NCBI GenBank assembly: GCA_045531205.1
Contig: JAZSDN010000104.1
Location: 18,100-82,099 of the forward strand
DNA: 64,000 nucleotides
DNA from: Clostridia bacterium
GTDB taxonomy: Bacteria; Bacillota; Clostridia; UMGS1883; UMGS1540
Reading direction: 5' to 3'
Shown here piece after piece: positions 34,379-43,023 of the stretch. Position 1 is the stretch's first letter. Every line of letters begins with the position of its first letter. The translations under genes were made by a program, and so were the position numbers. The notes beneath the pieces are model-generated. The model worked only from the letters and a program-made list of their open reading frames with translations. It made no database searches and was not told the DNA's origin.

Positions 34379-34487
34379 TCATATTATTTTTTATGCATAG
34401 TAAGACCAAATTGCAATTTTTTACACTTGTAGGTAAAAAATAACCATTTACATTCTGTTTGTTAAATGCTACAATAATTAGGAGTAT

Positions 34488-36665
34488 ATGCCAAAAATTT
34501 TACGAAAGGTAAATAACAATATGTTTAAGAATGCAACCTTTATTAAGGCAAACCTTCCTTATGTTAAAGACGAAAATGCACCGGCTCCGCTTATGCGTAA
34601 AACCTTCGAGCTGGCAGAGCTTCCCAAAAAAGCGGTAATTTCATTTGTAGCTTTGGGGTATGGAGTTGTTTACATAAACGGATATAGAGTTACGGAGGAT
34701 AAATTTTTATCTCCCGTGAGTGATTATACAAAAACCCTCTGGTACACAGAATATGATGTAACAAGCCTTTTGCAAAAAGGAAAAAATGTTATTGCAGCAG
34801 TGCTTGGCAATGGCTGGTACAACGAATTTGTAGAAAACACCTGGCTTTTCCATAATGCACCCTGGCGTGATAACCCAAAACTTTTACTGCAGCTTGATAT
34901 AGACGGCAAAGAAATTGTAAGTGACGAAAGCTGGGTTTATACAGATAAATCTCCTGTTGTGTTTAATCAGCTTCGCCTTGGCGAATACTTTGATGCACGC
35001 CTTTATGACAAGAACTGGAACAATATAGATTTTGACGATTCTTCGTGGACTCCTGTAAAGGTGGATGATACACCACCCACAGGCGTTTTGCGTAAATGTG
35101 AATGTGAGCCTTTGCGAGAGTGTGACTACTATGAGCCGCAAAGCATTACAAAACTGGGCGAAGACCACTATCTGTTTGATTTTGGACAGAATATGTCGGG
35201 CTATGCACGTCTTAAAGTAAATCAGCCTGCAGGCGATTTGATTACACTTGAATATGGCGAAAGATGTGAAGATGTTATGGTAAAAATAACAAGTACACAT
35301 CATTATAAGGGTTATTCAGACGTAGTTCAGGTAGACAAATTTACTTGCTCGGGCGAGGAATTTACCTGGACGCCTGAATTTACATATCACGGCTTCCGTT
35401 ATGTTGATGTCAAAGGCATAAAAAATCCCACAAAAGAAACTTTGACAGGAGTTTTTGTACATCAGGATGTAAAGAGAAGAAGCAGCTTTAACTCTTCAAA
35501 CGAAAAGCTTAACAAGCTGTTCGAAAACGGAATTTACGGGACCTACTCAAATATGTTTTATCAGCCCACAGACTGCCCGACAAGAGAAAAAATGGGTTGG
35601 TGTAACGATGCCCAGGCTTCGACCGAGCAGTTTTTGACAGATTTTGAAGCGGAACGCTTCTTGGAAAAATGGATGATAGACCTTCGTGATGCAATGAAGC
35701 CAAACGGAGCATTGCCTGTAATAGTTCCAACAGGCGGATGGGGATACGAATGGGGCAACGGCCCTGTTTGTGACGGCGTATTTTTTGAAGTGCCTTACCG
35801 TCTTTATCTGCACACAGGCAACAAAAAGTTTTTAGTTGATTCACTTGAATATTTTGACCGTTACCTTGCACTTTTAAAATCTTACGAAGACGAGAATCAG
35901 GATGTAACCATAGGACTTTGTGACTGGGCAGCAGCCGATAACGAAAACCGTGTTTCGGCAACCTTTATTAACAGTGTTTACAGAGTAAAGTTTTTGCGTA
36001 TTGCAATTTTGGCAGCAAAGCTTTCGGGGAAAGATACAACACCTTACGAAACCCATCTTAAAGAGCATCTTGCCGTTCATAACGAAAAATATACAAATAG
36101 TGACGGAACCTGCAAAATAAACAGATTAACATCTGTTGCAATGACAATTTATCACGATATTTATGAAGATATTGCACCTCTTGCATCCCAGCTTGCAAAG
36201 CTTTGCGAGGAAATGGACTTTCATCACGACAGCGGAATGGTAGGCGTTCGTCATTTATATTCAGCGCTTAATAAATGCGGACTCGAGGAGTATGCCTATA
36301 AAATAATAACCGCCAAAGGCTATCCTTCGTATTTTGACTGGCTTTGTGATGGTGCCACAACCTTGTACGAGCATTGGTGGGAAAGGGATTCGTCCTTTAA
36401 TCATCACATGTATTCAGACTTTATGTCGTGGATGATAAAAACCATTCTCGGCATAAAAGTAACATTTGAAAAAACTGTTGTTGCACCATATTTCTTCAAA
36501 GACCTTGATTTTGCATCAGGCCATTGCGAAGAAACAGCAGTTTCCTGGAAACGTAAGGATGGTAACATTTACCTTGATATTACCGTCGGGGGAGAAAAAA
36601 CAGTTATCTATGACTCAAAAATCCTTAAAAAGGGAACACACAATTTTGTTATAAAAGAAGCGTAA
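34488..36665 (+). CDS. Alpha-L-rhamnosidase (glycoside hydrolase family 78)
   Basis: 725 aa. The N-terminal blocks are typical of bacterial GH78 enzymes (PLMRKTFEL..., VYINGYRVTED..., LGNGWYNE), and the domain organisation fits GH78. There is no signal peptide. Confidence 0.7.
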   Translation: MPKILRKVNNNMFKNATFIKANLPYVKDENAPAPLMRKTFELAELPKKAVISFVALGYGVVYINGYRVTEDKFLSPVSDYTKTLWYTEYDVTSLLQKGKNVIAAVLGNGWYNEFVENTWLFHNAPWRDNPKLLLQLDIDGKEIVSDESWVYTDKSPVVFNQLRLGEYFDARLYDKNWNNIDFDDSSWTPVKVDDTPPTGVLRKCECEPLRECDYYEPQSITKLGEDHYLFDFGQNMSGYARLKVNQPAGDLITLEYGERCEDVMVKITSTHHYKGYSDVVQVDKFTCSGEEFTWTPEFTYHGFRYVDVKGIKNPTKETLTGVFVHQDVKRRSSFNSSNEKLNKLFENGIYGTYSNMFYQPTDCPTREKMGWCNDAQASTEQFLTDFEAERFLEKWMIDLRDAMKPNGALPVIVPTGGWGYEWGNGPVCDGVFFEVPYRLYLHTGNKKFLVDSLEYFDRYLALLKSYEDENQDVTIGLCDWAAADNENRVSATFINSVYRVKFLRIAILAAKLSGKDTTPYETHLKEHLAVHNEKYTNSDGTCKINRLTSVAMTIYHDIYEDIAPLASQLAKLCEEMDFHHDSGMVGVRHLYSALNKCGLEEYAYKIITAKGYPSYFDWLCDGATTLYEHWWERDSSFNHHMYSDFMSWMIKTILGIKVTFEKTVVAPYFFKDLDFASGHCEETAVSWKRKDGNIYLDITVGGEKTVIYDSKILKKGTHNFVIKEA

Positions 36666-36675
36666 TATAAAGAAA

Positions 36676-36710
36676 ACAAGGAACGGCACACGTGCCGTTC
36701 TTTGTTTTTT
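36676..36710 (+). terminator. Rho-independent terminator after the GH78 gene
   Basis: GC-rich palindrome aacggcacacgtgccgtt followed by ctttgtttttt. Confidence 0.8.
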
Positions 36711-37209
36711 GTATAAAACCTATCATACCGCTAAACAAAAATATATTGTAGGGTGCAGCGTTTACGATGCACCGAAAATGAAATATTGTAGGGAAGGGCC
36801 TTGGTCCTTCCGTATAAAAGGATAGAATAACAAGAGTTTCCGGCAGGAGCTGAGCCCCTGCCCTACAATGCCGATGCTGTGCAAGTCACGCCACACTTCT
36901 CTAAAAAGCACTACACAAAAAAGTTATATAAAAAACAGGCACTAAAAAAACACCAAACAAAAACCGCCTCCCCTTGCACAGGGGAGGTGAGTTTGCCTTT
37001 GGGCAAACCCGGAGGGGGTTGTTGCCATCACTGCTTTGGTAATAAAAATTAAAACGGGCTGTCTGGGACGTCAGCCCTTACAAAATGAGGAGTATTTTTT
37101 ACATATAAGAGTAGATTTTTTACGTGTACATTTTTGCACCTTTGTGCAATAATAAAGTGTAGAATGCGACAGAAGTATTCATAACAAATTATTTAAGGAG
37201 GAAATTATA

Positions 37210-39273
37210 ATGTTAAAAAAACTCATGGCAATAGTCCTTGTTGGATTATTAACAATTGCTAGCATGGCAGTAATGCCTGCTATGGCGGCAAATTTTCAAT
37301 CCCAATACAACTTAAGCTTTGAGCAGACAACTCAAAGTGATGCAGCCTTACTTCCATCTGGCTGGACTGTTGGTGCAAATCTTTCATCCGATGAAACAAC
37401 CAATAGTTTTGCAGTAGTATCAAATGAACAGGCTCAAGAAGGAACTTATTCTTTAAAGATCAAGCACACTGCTATAGGAACTGTGAACGATAGAGTATGG
37501 AGAGTAGTGACAGGTCTTACACCTGGTGCACAATATGTTGTAACAGGATATATGTATTTAACAGGATATACAAATAATGCGGGTATAATGGTATTTGATG
37601 GCAATACAGGTGCATCTGGAGCGAACTGGATAAGCGGTTTGTCTGGTGGCACTGGTATTATGAATGAAACTACCCAGATAACAAAAGCAGGATTAAATAA
37701 ATGGATTCCCTTAACTGCAACCTTTACAGCACCTGCAAACGGTATTGTTTCTCTTGCAATTGGAGCATATAATTCATCTTCCACTAATGGTACAGTATAT
37801 TTTGATGCTCTTGATTTACACGAACTGAATTTTGAATATCATTACAATACCAGCTTTGAGCAGACAACTCAAAGTGGTACAGCCTTACTTCCGTCTGGCT
37901 GGACTGTTGGTACAAATCTTTCATCTGATGAAACAACCAATAGTTTTGCAGTAGTATCAAATGAACAGGCTAAAGAAGGAACTTATTCTTTAAAGCTCAA
38001 GCACACTGGTGTAAGTTCTGCGAACGATAGAGTATGGAGAGTAGTGAGCGATCTTACCCCAGGTGCACAATATATGGTAACAGGATATATGTATTTAGCA
38101 AATTATATGAAATATGCAGGAATATTTGTATATGATGGCAATACAGGTGCATCTGGAGCAAACTGGGCAAGCGGTCTGACTGGTACCACCGGTGCTATAG
38201 AAGAGGTTCCTCAGATAGTAAATGGATTATCAAATAAATGGCTTCCCTTGAGTGCAACCTTTACAGCACCTGCAAACGGAACTGTTTCTCTTGCAGTGGG
38301 AGCATATAATTCATCTTCTACTAATGGTACAGTATATTTTGATGACCTTGCTTTATACAAATTAGAAGACGGATTTGACGCTGAAAACAATTTAAGCTTT
38401 GAGCAAATAGAATCAAACTTTACAACATTCATTCCAACTGGCTGGAATATCAGCCTTTCATCCGATGAAACATCCGATAAATTTGCAGTAGTATCGGATG
38501 AACAGGCTAGAACAGGGAACTTTTCTTTAAAGATGAAGAACTCTTCATTGGCAAGTGTTACAGATAGACCTTGGAAATTAATAAGTGGTCTTACACCTGG
38601 TGCAGCATATATGGTAACAGGATATATGAAAGTAACATCACCCTTGTATTATGCGGGTATTAATGTATATGGATCTAACGATGGTACCGGTAGCTCCTGG
38701 TCAGGTTTAAATGTTAGTTCTGGTATTTTGAGTGAGACAAACATGATAACGTTAGGAGCAGGCAAATGGCTGCCTATTATTACATACTTTATTGCACCTG
38801 ATGATGGTGCGGTTTCACTTGCATTGGTAGCAAGCAATTCAGCTAGCACTAGTGGTATAGCATATTTTGATGATATTACCGTAACAAAAATGGCTGATAC
38901 AGTTGGCTTTGATGTAAAGGTTTTGGATGCAAATTTTGAAGAAGTAACAGATCTTAATGCAGGTCAGGCAACTACTGTTAAGCTTATGGTAAATGGCACA
39001 AATATGACTGCATCTGATAAAAACTACACACTTATTTATGCTACATACAGCAAGACTGGCGATATAGTAGAAATGAACACAGTAGCCCTCAGTGCAGGAA
39101 CAGTAGCTGCAAAGGCGGACGCTGCTACCGTACCTGGTTCCATAAATGCTAACGCAGGTGCTTGCATTAATAGTGCAATAAATATTACTATTCCCGCAGG
39201 TCAGACACTTAAAGTATTTATATTTGACAATATGGAAACACTTAACCTTGTTTCTGAAAAGGTAATTCAATAA
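37210..39273 (+). CDS. Secreted protein made of three tandem CBM4_9/CBM22-like carbohydrate-binding modules plus a C-terminal Ig-like domain, with no catalytic or anchoring domain
   Basis: A signal peptide (MLKKLMAIVLVGLLTIASMAVMPAMAA). There are three ~180-aa modules with the CBM4_9 pattern (NxSFEQ...GWT...EGTYSLK...LTPGAQYxVTGYM...WxPLxATFTAP...TVYFDD). Modules 1 and 2 are about 95% identical at the nucleotide level. Confidence 0.75.
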   Translation: MLKKLMAIVLVGLLTIASMAVMPAMAANFQSQYNLSFEQTTQSDAALLPSGWTVGANLSSDETTNSFAVVSNEQAQEGTYSLKIKHTAIGTVNDRVWRVVTGLTPGAQYVVTGYMYLTGYTNNAGIMVFDGNTGASGANWISGLSGGTGIMNETTQITKAGLNKWIPLTATFTAPANGIVSLAIGAYNSSSTNGTVYFDALDLHELNFEYHYNTSFEQTTQSGTALLPSGWTVGTNLSSDETTNSFAVVSNEQAKEGTYSLKLKHTGVSSANDRVWRVVSDLTPGAQYMVTGYMYLANYMKYAGIFVYDGNTGASGANWASGLTGTTGAIEEVPQIVNGLSNKWLPLSATFTAPANGTVSLAVGAYNSSSTNGTVYFDDLALYKLEDGFDAENNLSFEQIESNFTTFIPTGWNISLSSDETSDKFAVVSDEQARTGNFSLKMKNSSLASVTDRPWKLISGLTPGAAYMVTGYMKVTSPLYYAGINVYGSNDGTGSSWSGLNVSSGILSETNMITLGAGKWLPIITYFIAPDDGAVSLALVASNSASTSGIAYFDDITVTKMADTVGFDVKVLDANFEEVTDLNAGQATTVKLMVNGTNMTASDKNYTLIYATYSKTGDIVEMNTVALSAGTVAAKADAATVPGSINANAGACINSAINITIPAGQTLKVFIFDNMETLNLVSEKVIQ
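37315..38388 (+). repeat. Intragenic tandem duplication (2 x ~537 bp) encoding CBM-like modules 1 and 2 of the 37210 gene
   Basis: Near-identical nucleotide stretches begin agctttgagcagacaactcaaagtg at 37315 and again at 37852. The third module is clearly more diverged. Confidence 0.8.
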
Positions 39274-39303
39274 TCTGAAAAATTTTAATGGAGGTATAAA
39301 GCT

Positions 39304-40362
39304 ATGAAAAAAATCCTTAGCGTGTTATTAGCTATGATGATGCTTACAAGCGTATTTGCTTTCAGCGTAAGTGCTGATGCAAGCACTATCGTTGTAACAC
39401 AGGCAACAATGGATGCAAGCGGTGTTATTACTGTAGTTGGAAAATATACATCAGGCACACCCGGCGCTGTAACAATTCTTGCAACAGCACAGAATGAAGA
39501 AAAAGACTCTGCAGCTTTAAACAGCACAACAGACGCAACTATTACTTATGTTGACAATAAAACTGCGGCAGCTGACGGCTCGTTTACATTTAAATTCAAA
39601 CCCAGAGCAGTAGCAGGTACATACACAACAATATATGTATGTACAGGCGGTGCTCAGGCAAACCTCTTTACAGGCAACTTTGCAGAAAATGAAGTTAAAG
39701 TAAACTATGACGGCACAACAAAATCCTACACAAGCGTAGATGGCGTTGTAGCAATCTCCTTACGTCCCGCAACAAAAAATGAAACAAATATTGCTACACT
39801 CGACGGTTATTTTAAACAGTGGGATATTATGGGCTTAAAGGCTAACACCGAAGGCAAAGATAAACCCTACGAAATAAACAACTTAAAAGCCGGTATAATT
39901 ACAGCTACACCTGAATTTTACGCTGATCCCACACATACAGATCTTTCAATGGCAAAAGCACAGAAAGCAACATTGAAAGACGGAAAGCTTGCAATCCGTT
40001 TCCTCGCACTTGTAGGCGAAAATTATGGAAGCTATACTAATGCAGGCTTTGTTGTTTCAACATTGGGTACAAATCCCACAATTGAAGCAGGCTACAAAGC
40101 AAATGTATTTAATAATCTTTACGAAAAGGTTGCAGCTGCAGGGCAGACATTTGACATTGCAGATGAAGCAATTAAAACACTCTTTAACGTAGAATTTAAT
40201 CCCGCAGGTATCCTCTATGCAAACCTTATAATCGAAGATACAGATGCAGCTAAAAATACAACATATTATGCAACTCCTTATCTTGAAGGTCCAAGTGGTA
40301 GAGTTTACGGCGCAACAAAGGCAATAAGCTATGCACAGCTTGCCACAAATGATGCACAATAA
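39304..40362 (+). CDS. Hypothetical secreted protein (352 aa), paralog of the 53137 gene
   Basis: A signal peptide. It shares roughly 50% identity over its full length with the 53137..54207 product (IVVTQATM...GTPGAVTIL...TTIYVC...GYFKQWDIMG...AIRFLALVGE...PAGILYANL). I recognise no family. Confidence 0.7.
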   Translation: MKKILSVLLAMMMLTSVFAFSVSADASTIVVTQATMDASGVITVVGKYTSGTPGAVTILATAQNEEKDSAALNSTTDATITYVDNKTAAADGSFTFKFKPRAVAGTYTTIYVCTGGAQANLFTGNFAENEVKVNYDGTTKSYTSVDGVVAISLRPATKNETNIATLDGYFKQWDIMGLKANTEGKDKPYEINNLKAGIITATPEFYADPTHTDLSMAKAQKATLKDGKLAIRFLALVGENYGSYTNAGFVVSTLGTNPTIEAGYKANVFNNLYEKVAAAGQTFDIADEAIKTLFNVEFNPAGILYANLIIEDTDAAKNTTYYATPYLEGPSGRVYGATKAISYAQLATNDAQ

Positions 40363-40383
40363 GGTTTGAAGGAGGAAATAAAA

Positions 40384-40536
40384 ATGAAAGAAAAATATTT
40401 AACACCTTCGGCAGAAACCGTATTGTTTGACATTAACGCTGTATCAATGACTATAAATCTTGTAAGCCTTGAAGATAATGGCGAATCAAACCTTTTGAAC
40501 GATATCGGAAACGGTCTTGTTGTCGAAGAAAACTAA
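40384..40536 (+). CDS. Possible small protein (50 aa; MKEKYLTPSAETVLFDINAVSMTINLVSLEDNGESNLLNDIGNGLVVEEN)
   Basis: The ORF is below the track cutoff. AAGGAGGAAATAAAA-ATG is identical in form to the RBS of the neighbouring large genes. A terminator-like hairpin follows at about 40578-40616. Confidence 0.35.
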   Translation: MKEKYLTPSAETVLFDINAVSMTINLVSLEDNGESNLLNDIGNGLVVEEN

Positions 40537-40809
40537 ATTGATAAATTTTTTCTCATAGAAAAAGTTCTTCTCATACAAAAATATCCGCTTGCTTTTGGCA
40601 AACGGATATTTTTGTATAATTAACTAAGATGTGTGCGAAAAAAAGTGCAAACTCCCTGAAACTTAAAAAGTTGCTAAAAATTTCTGCATAAGGAACATTT
40701 TTTACACGCATCAGTTAATTTTTTTCATTTACTTTTTTGTGCTTGTATGCGATAATATATTATAGAATACCCGCAATGTATTCGTAGTAAATAAAAGGAG
40801 GAAATTATA

Positions 40810-42786
40810 ATGTTAAAAAAACTTATGGCAGTAGCCCTTGCGGGGTTATTAACACTCGGTAGCATGGCAATGATGACTACCGCAGAAACAGAACCGGTTA
40901 CAAGTCTGCTCTACGATTTTGAAAATCAGGAAATGGCAGGAGAAACCGGAGCACCAACCGGTTGGTGGACATATTTTGATGCAGAAGGTATTGTAAAGCT
41001 TAACGAAGAACAAACCGCAGGCCAGCCTGAAGTATATGGTCTTGGCAACAAGTGTTTGGAAATTGACTGTACAGGCAAAGAATATGACGAAGCTGCTTAC
41101 TTTAGTGTTACCTTAAAACCTAATACTACTTATGTTCTTTCAGCTTGGGTAAAAGGTGTAGACGGGGAAGGAAATCCTGCTACAGTATACTGCAGAGTAC
41201 CTTTGTTAGCACCCGGTGGAACTAATTACTCTGCTGATTATTTAACACGTGCATGGTCAAGCGGTGATGCCGCAGGAACAAAAAACTGGCACCAGTCAGT
41301 AAGTACTCCTTACACAACAGGGGATGAAGAAATTGCTACAACAGTATGGCTCAGAGGTCTTGCAGGTCATAAAGTATTTTACGACAACATTGCTTTATAC
41401 GAAGTAGCAGATAACTATAGCTCTTTTGAAAATGTAAAAGTAAAAGATTCAGCACTCGTTCCTGTTGATTGGAATACAGATGTCCTTTCAACAAATACTG
41501 AAACCGATAGCTATGCAGTAGTATCAAATGCAAAGGCTAAAACAGGTAACTATTCTTTAGAAGTAAAATCTACTTCATTAAATTTGGGTTACAGAGTGTG
41601 GAAACCTCTTAAAGGTCTTACCCCCGGTGCAAAATATATGGTAACAGGCTATGTAAACGTAACAGCACCTGTATATAACTTGGGTGTGGTTATATATGAC
41701 GGCAGCACAGGCGGTGGTACCAGCTGGACAGCAAATCTTTTATCTATGGCTCTTTTAAATAGAGATACTCAGCAGACAAAAGATGTATGGATGCCCCTTG
41801 TTACATACTTTGACGCACCCCAGAGCGGTGAAGCTTCTCTTGCTCTTATAACAAATATTGGTTATGGCTACTTGGGAACAACATATTTTGATGATTTTAC
41901 TGTATCAAAAGTTGAAGCTGGCGATGATGCTAAATACAACACCGGTTTTGAATATATCAAATCAACCGGTACAGCATTCGTTCCCGACGGCTGGAACTCT
42001 CCTCTTTCAACAGATACCGAAAGCAACAGCTATGCAATAGCATCAACCGAAAGAGTAAGAACAGGCAACTATTCTTTACAAATTAAGAATAACAGCTTTA
42101 ACGTTGGTCAGAGAGTATGGAGACAAATAACCGGTCTTACCCCAGGCAAAAAATATATGGTATCAGGCTATATGAATATTACATCACCCTTCAATTTGGC
42201 GGGAATGATTGTATTTGACGATAACAACGGCGGTGTAGGCTGGACATCAGGTCTTGGTATTTCAGGCGTTATGGGAGAGGCTGCACAGATGGCTGCAGGA
42301 TCAAATAAATGGTTGCCTGTAGTTACAACCTTTATTGCACCTGCAGACGGTATCGTTTCTCTTGCAATTGGAACATTCAATTCAGCTACCACAAACGGAA
42401 CGGCATATTTTGATGATATTACTATAACAGAAGTACCCGAAGGTGTTAAATACGATTTAAAGGTTCTGGACGCAGATGGTAAAGCAGCAACAGCTCTTAA
42501 TCCTGAACAGGATAACAATGTTACTATTGTGTTAGATGGAACAAATACTACTGCAGAGGAAAAACCATACACACTTGTTTATGCTACATATAGTAAAGAC
42601 GGTGAATTTGCAGAATTGCAGACAGTTTCTATTAAATCAAATGTGATGACAGTTCCTAATGACAAACAACCCGGTTTTGCAAAAGAAGTAATTGGTGTTA
42701 CAGTTCCCAAAGGACATACATTAAAAGTATTTTTATTTGAAGATATGAGCAAAATTAAAACAGCTGCTTCATATTCAGTTGAATAA
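40810..42786 (+). CDS. Secreted CBM4_9/CBM22-like module array protein (three modules plus a C-terminal Ig-like domain), paralog of the 37210 gene
   Basis: The RBS/start context (aaggaggaaattataATGttaaaaaaac) and signal peptide are the same as for 37210. The modules have the same CBM pattern and the C-terminal domain is the same. Confidence 0.75.
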   Translation: MLKKLMAVALAGLLTLGSMAMMTTAETEPVTSLLYDFENQEMAGETGAPTGWWTYFDAEGIVKLNEEQTAGQPEVYGLGNKCLEIDCTGKEYDEAAYFSVTLKPNTTYVLSAWVKGVDGEGNPATVYCRVPLLAPGGTNYSADYLTRAWSSGDAAGTKNWHQSVSTPYTTGDEEIATTVWLRGLAGHKVFYDNIALYEVADNYSSFENVKVKDSALVPVDWNTDVLSTNTETDSYAVVSNAKAKTGNYSLEVKSTSLNLGYRVWKPLKGLTPGAKYMVTGYVNVTAPVYNLGVVIYDGSTGGGTSWTANLLSMALLNRDTQQTKDVWMPLVTYFDAPQSGEASLALITNIGYGYLGTTYFDDFTVSKVEAGDDAKYNTGFEYIKSTGTAFVPDGWNSPLSTDTESNSYAIASTERVRTGNYSLQIKNNSFNVGQRVWRQITGLTPGKKYMVSGYMNITSPFNLAGMIVFDDNNGGVGWTSGLGISGVMGEAAQMAAGSNKWLPVVTTFIAPADGIVSLAIGTFNSATTNGTAYFDDITITEVPEGVKYDLKVLDADGKAATALNPEQDNNVTIVLDGTNTTAEEKPYTLVYATYSKDGEFAELQTVSIKSNVMTVPNDKQPGFAKEVIGVTVPKGHTLKVFLFEDMSKIKTAASYSVE

Positions 42787-43023
42787 TACATTTAAAATAC
42801 TGCTAAGGTAGCAGAAAATGACAGAGCAAAGGCTTTTAAAAAGCCTTTGCCTGTCCTTTATAATATAGATATCCAGGGAAATGAAATATTTTGGGTTAAA
42901 ATTTTGTCTCCTGGTTTGGCGGAGATATTAAAAAACGAATATTCCGCACATCCTGCTTTAAAAGTCAGAACAATGTGCGTTTTTATAAAGGAAGGTATGA
43001 AAAAGGAAAGGAATGAAAAATTT

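Noticed and set aside
36960-37080. Resemblance to a c-di-GMP-I (GEMM) riboswitch: GGGCAAACC and GGGACG..AGCC elements
   Set aside because: The two conserved elements are about 75 nt apart instead of about 15 nt, and the P2/P3 architecture cannot be reproduced. This is probably coincidence within GC-rich hairpins.
39285-39527. Minus-strand ORFs at 39285-39527 and 53118-53345 whose products resemble each other
   Set aside because: They lie antisense to the 5' ends of the paralogous 39304 and 53137 genes. Their similarity merely reflects the paralogy of the plus-strand genes. There is no RBS and the products are low-complexity.
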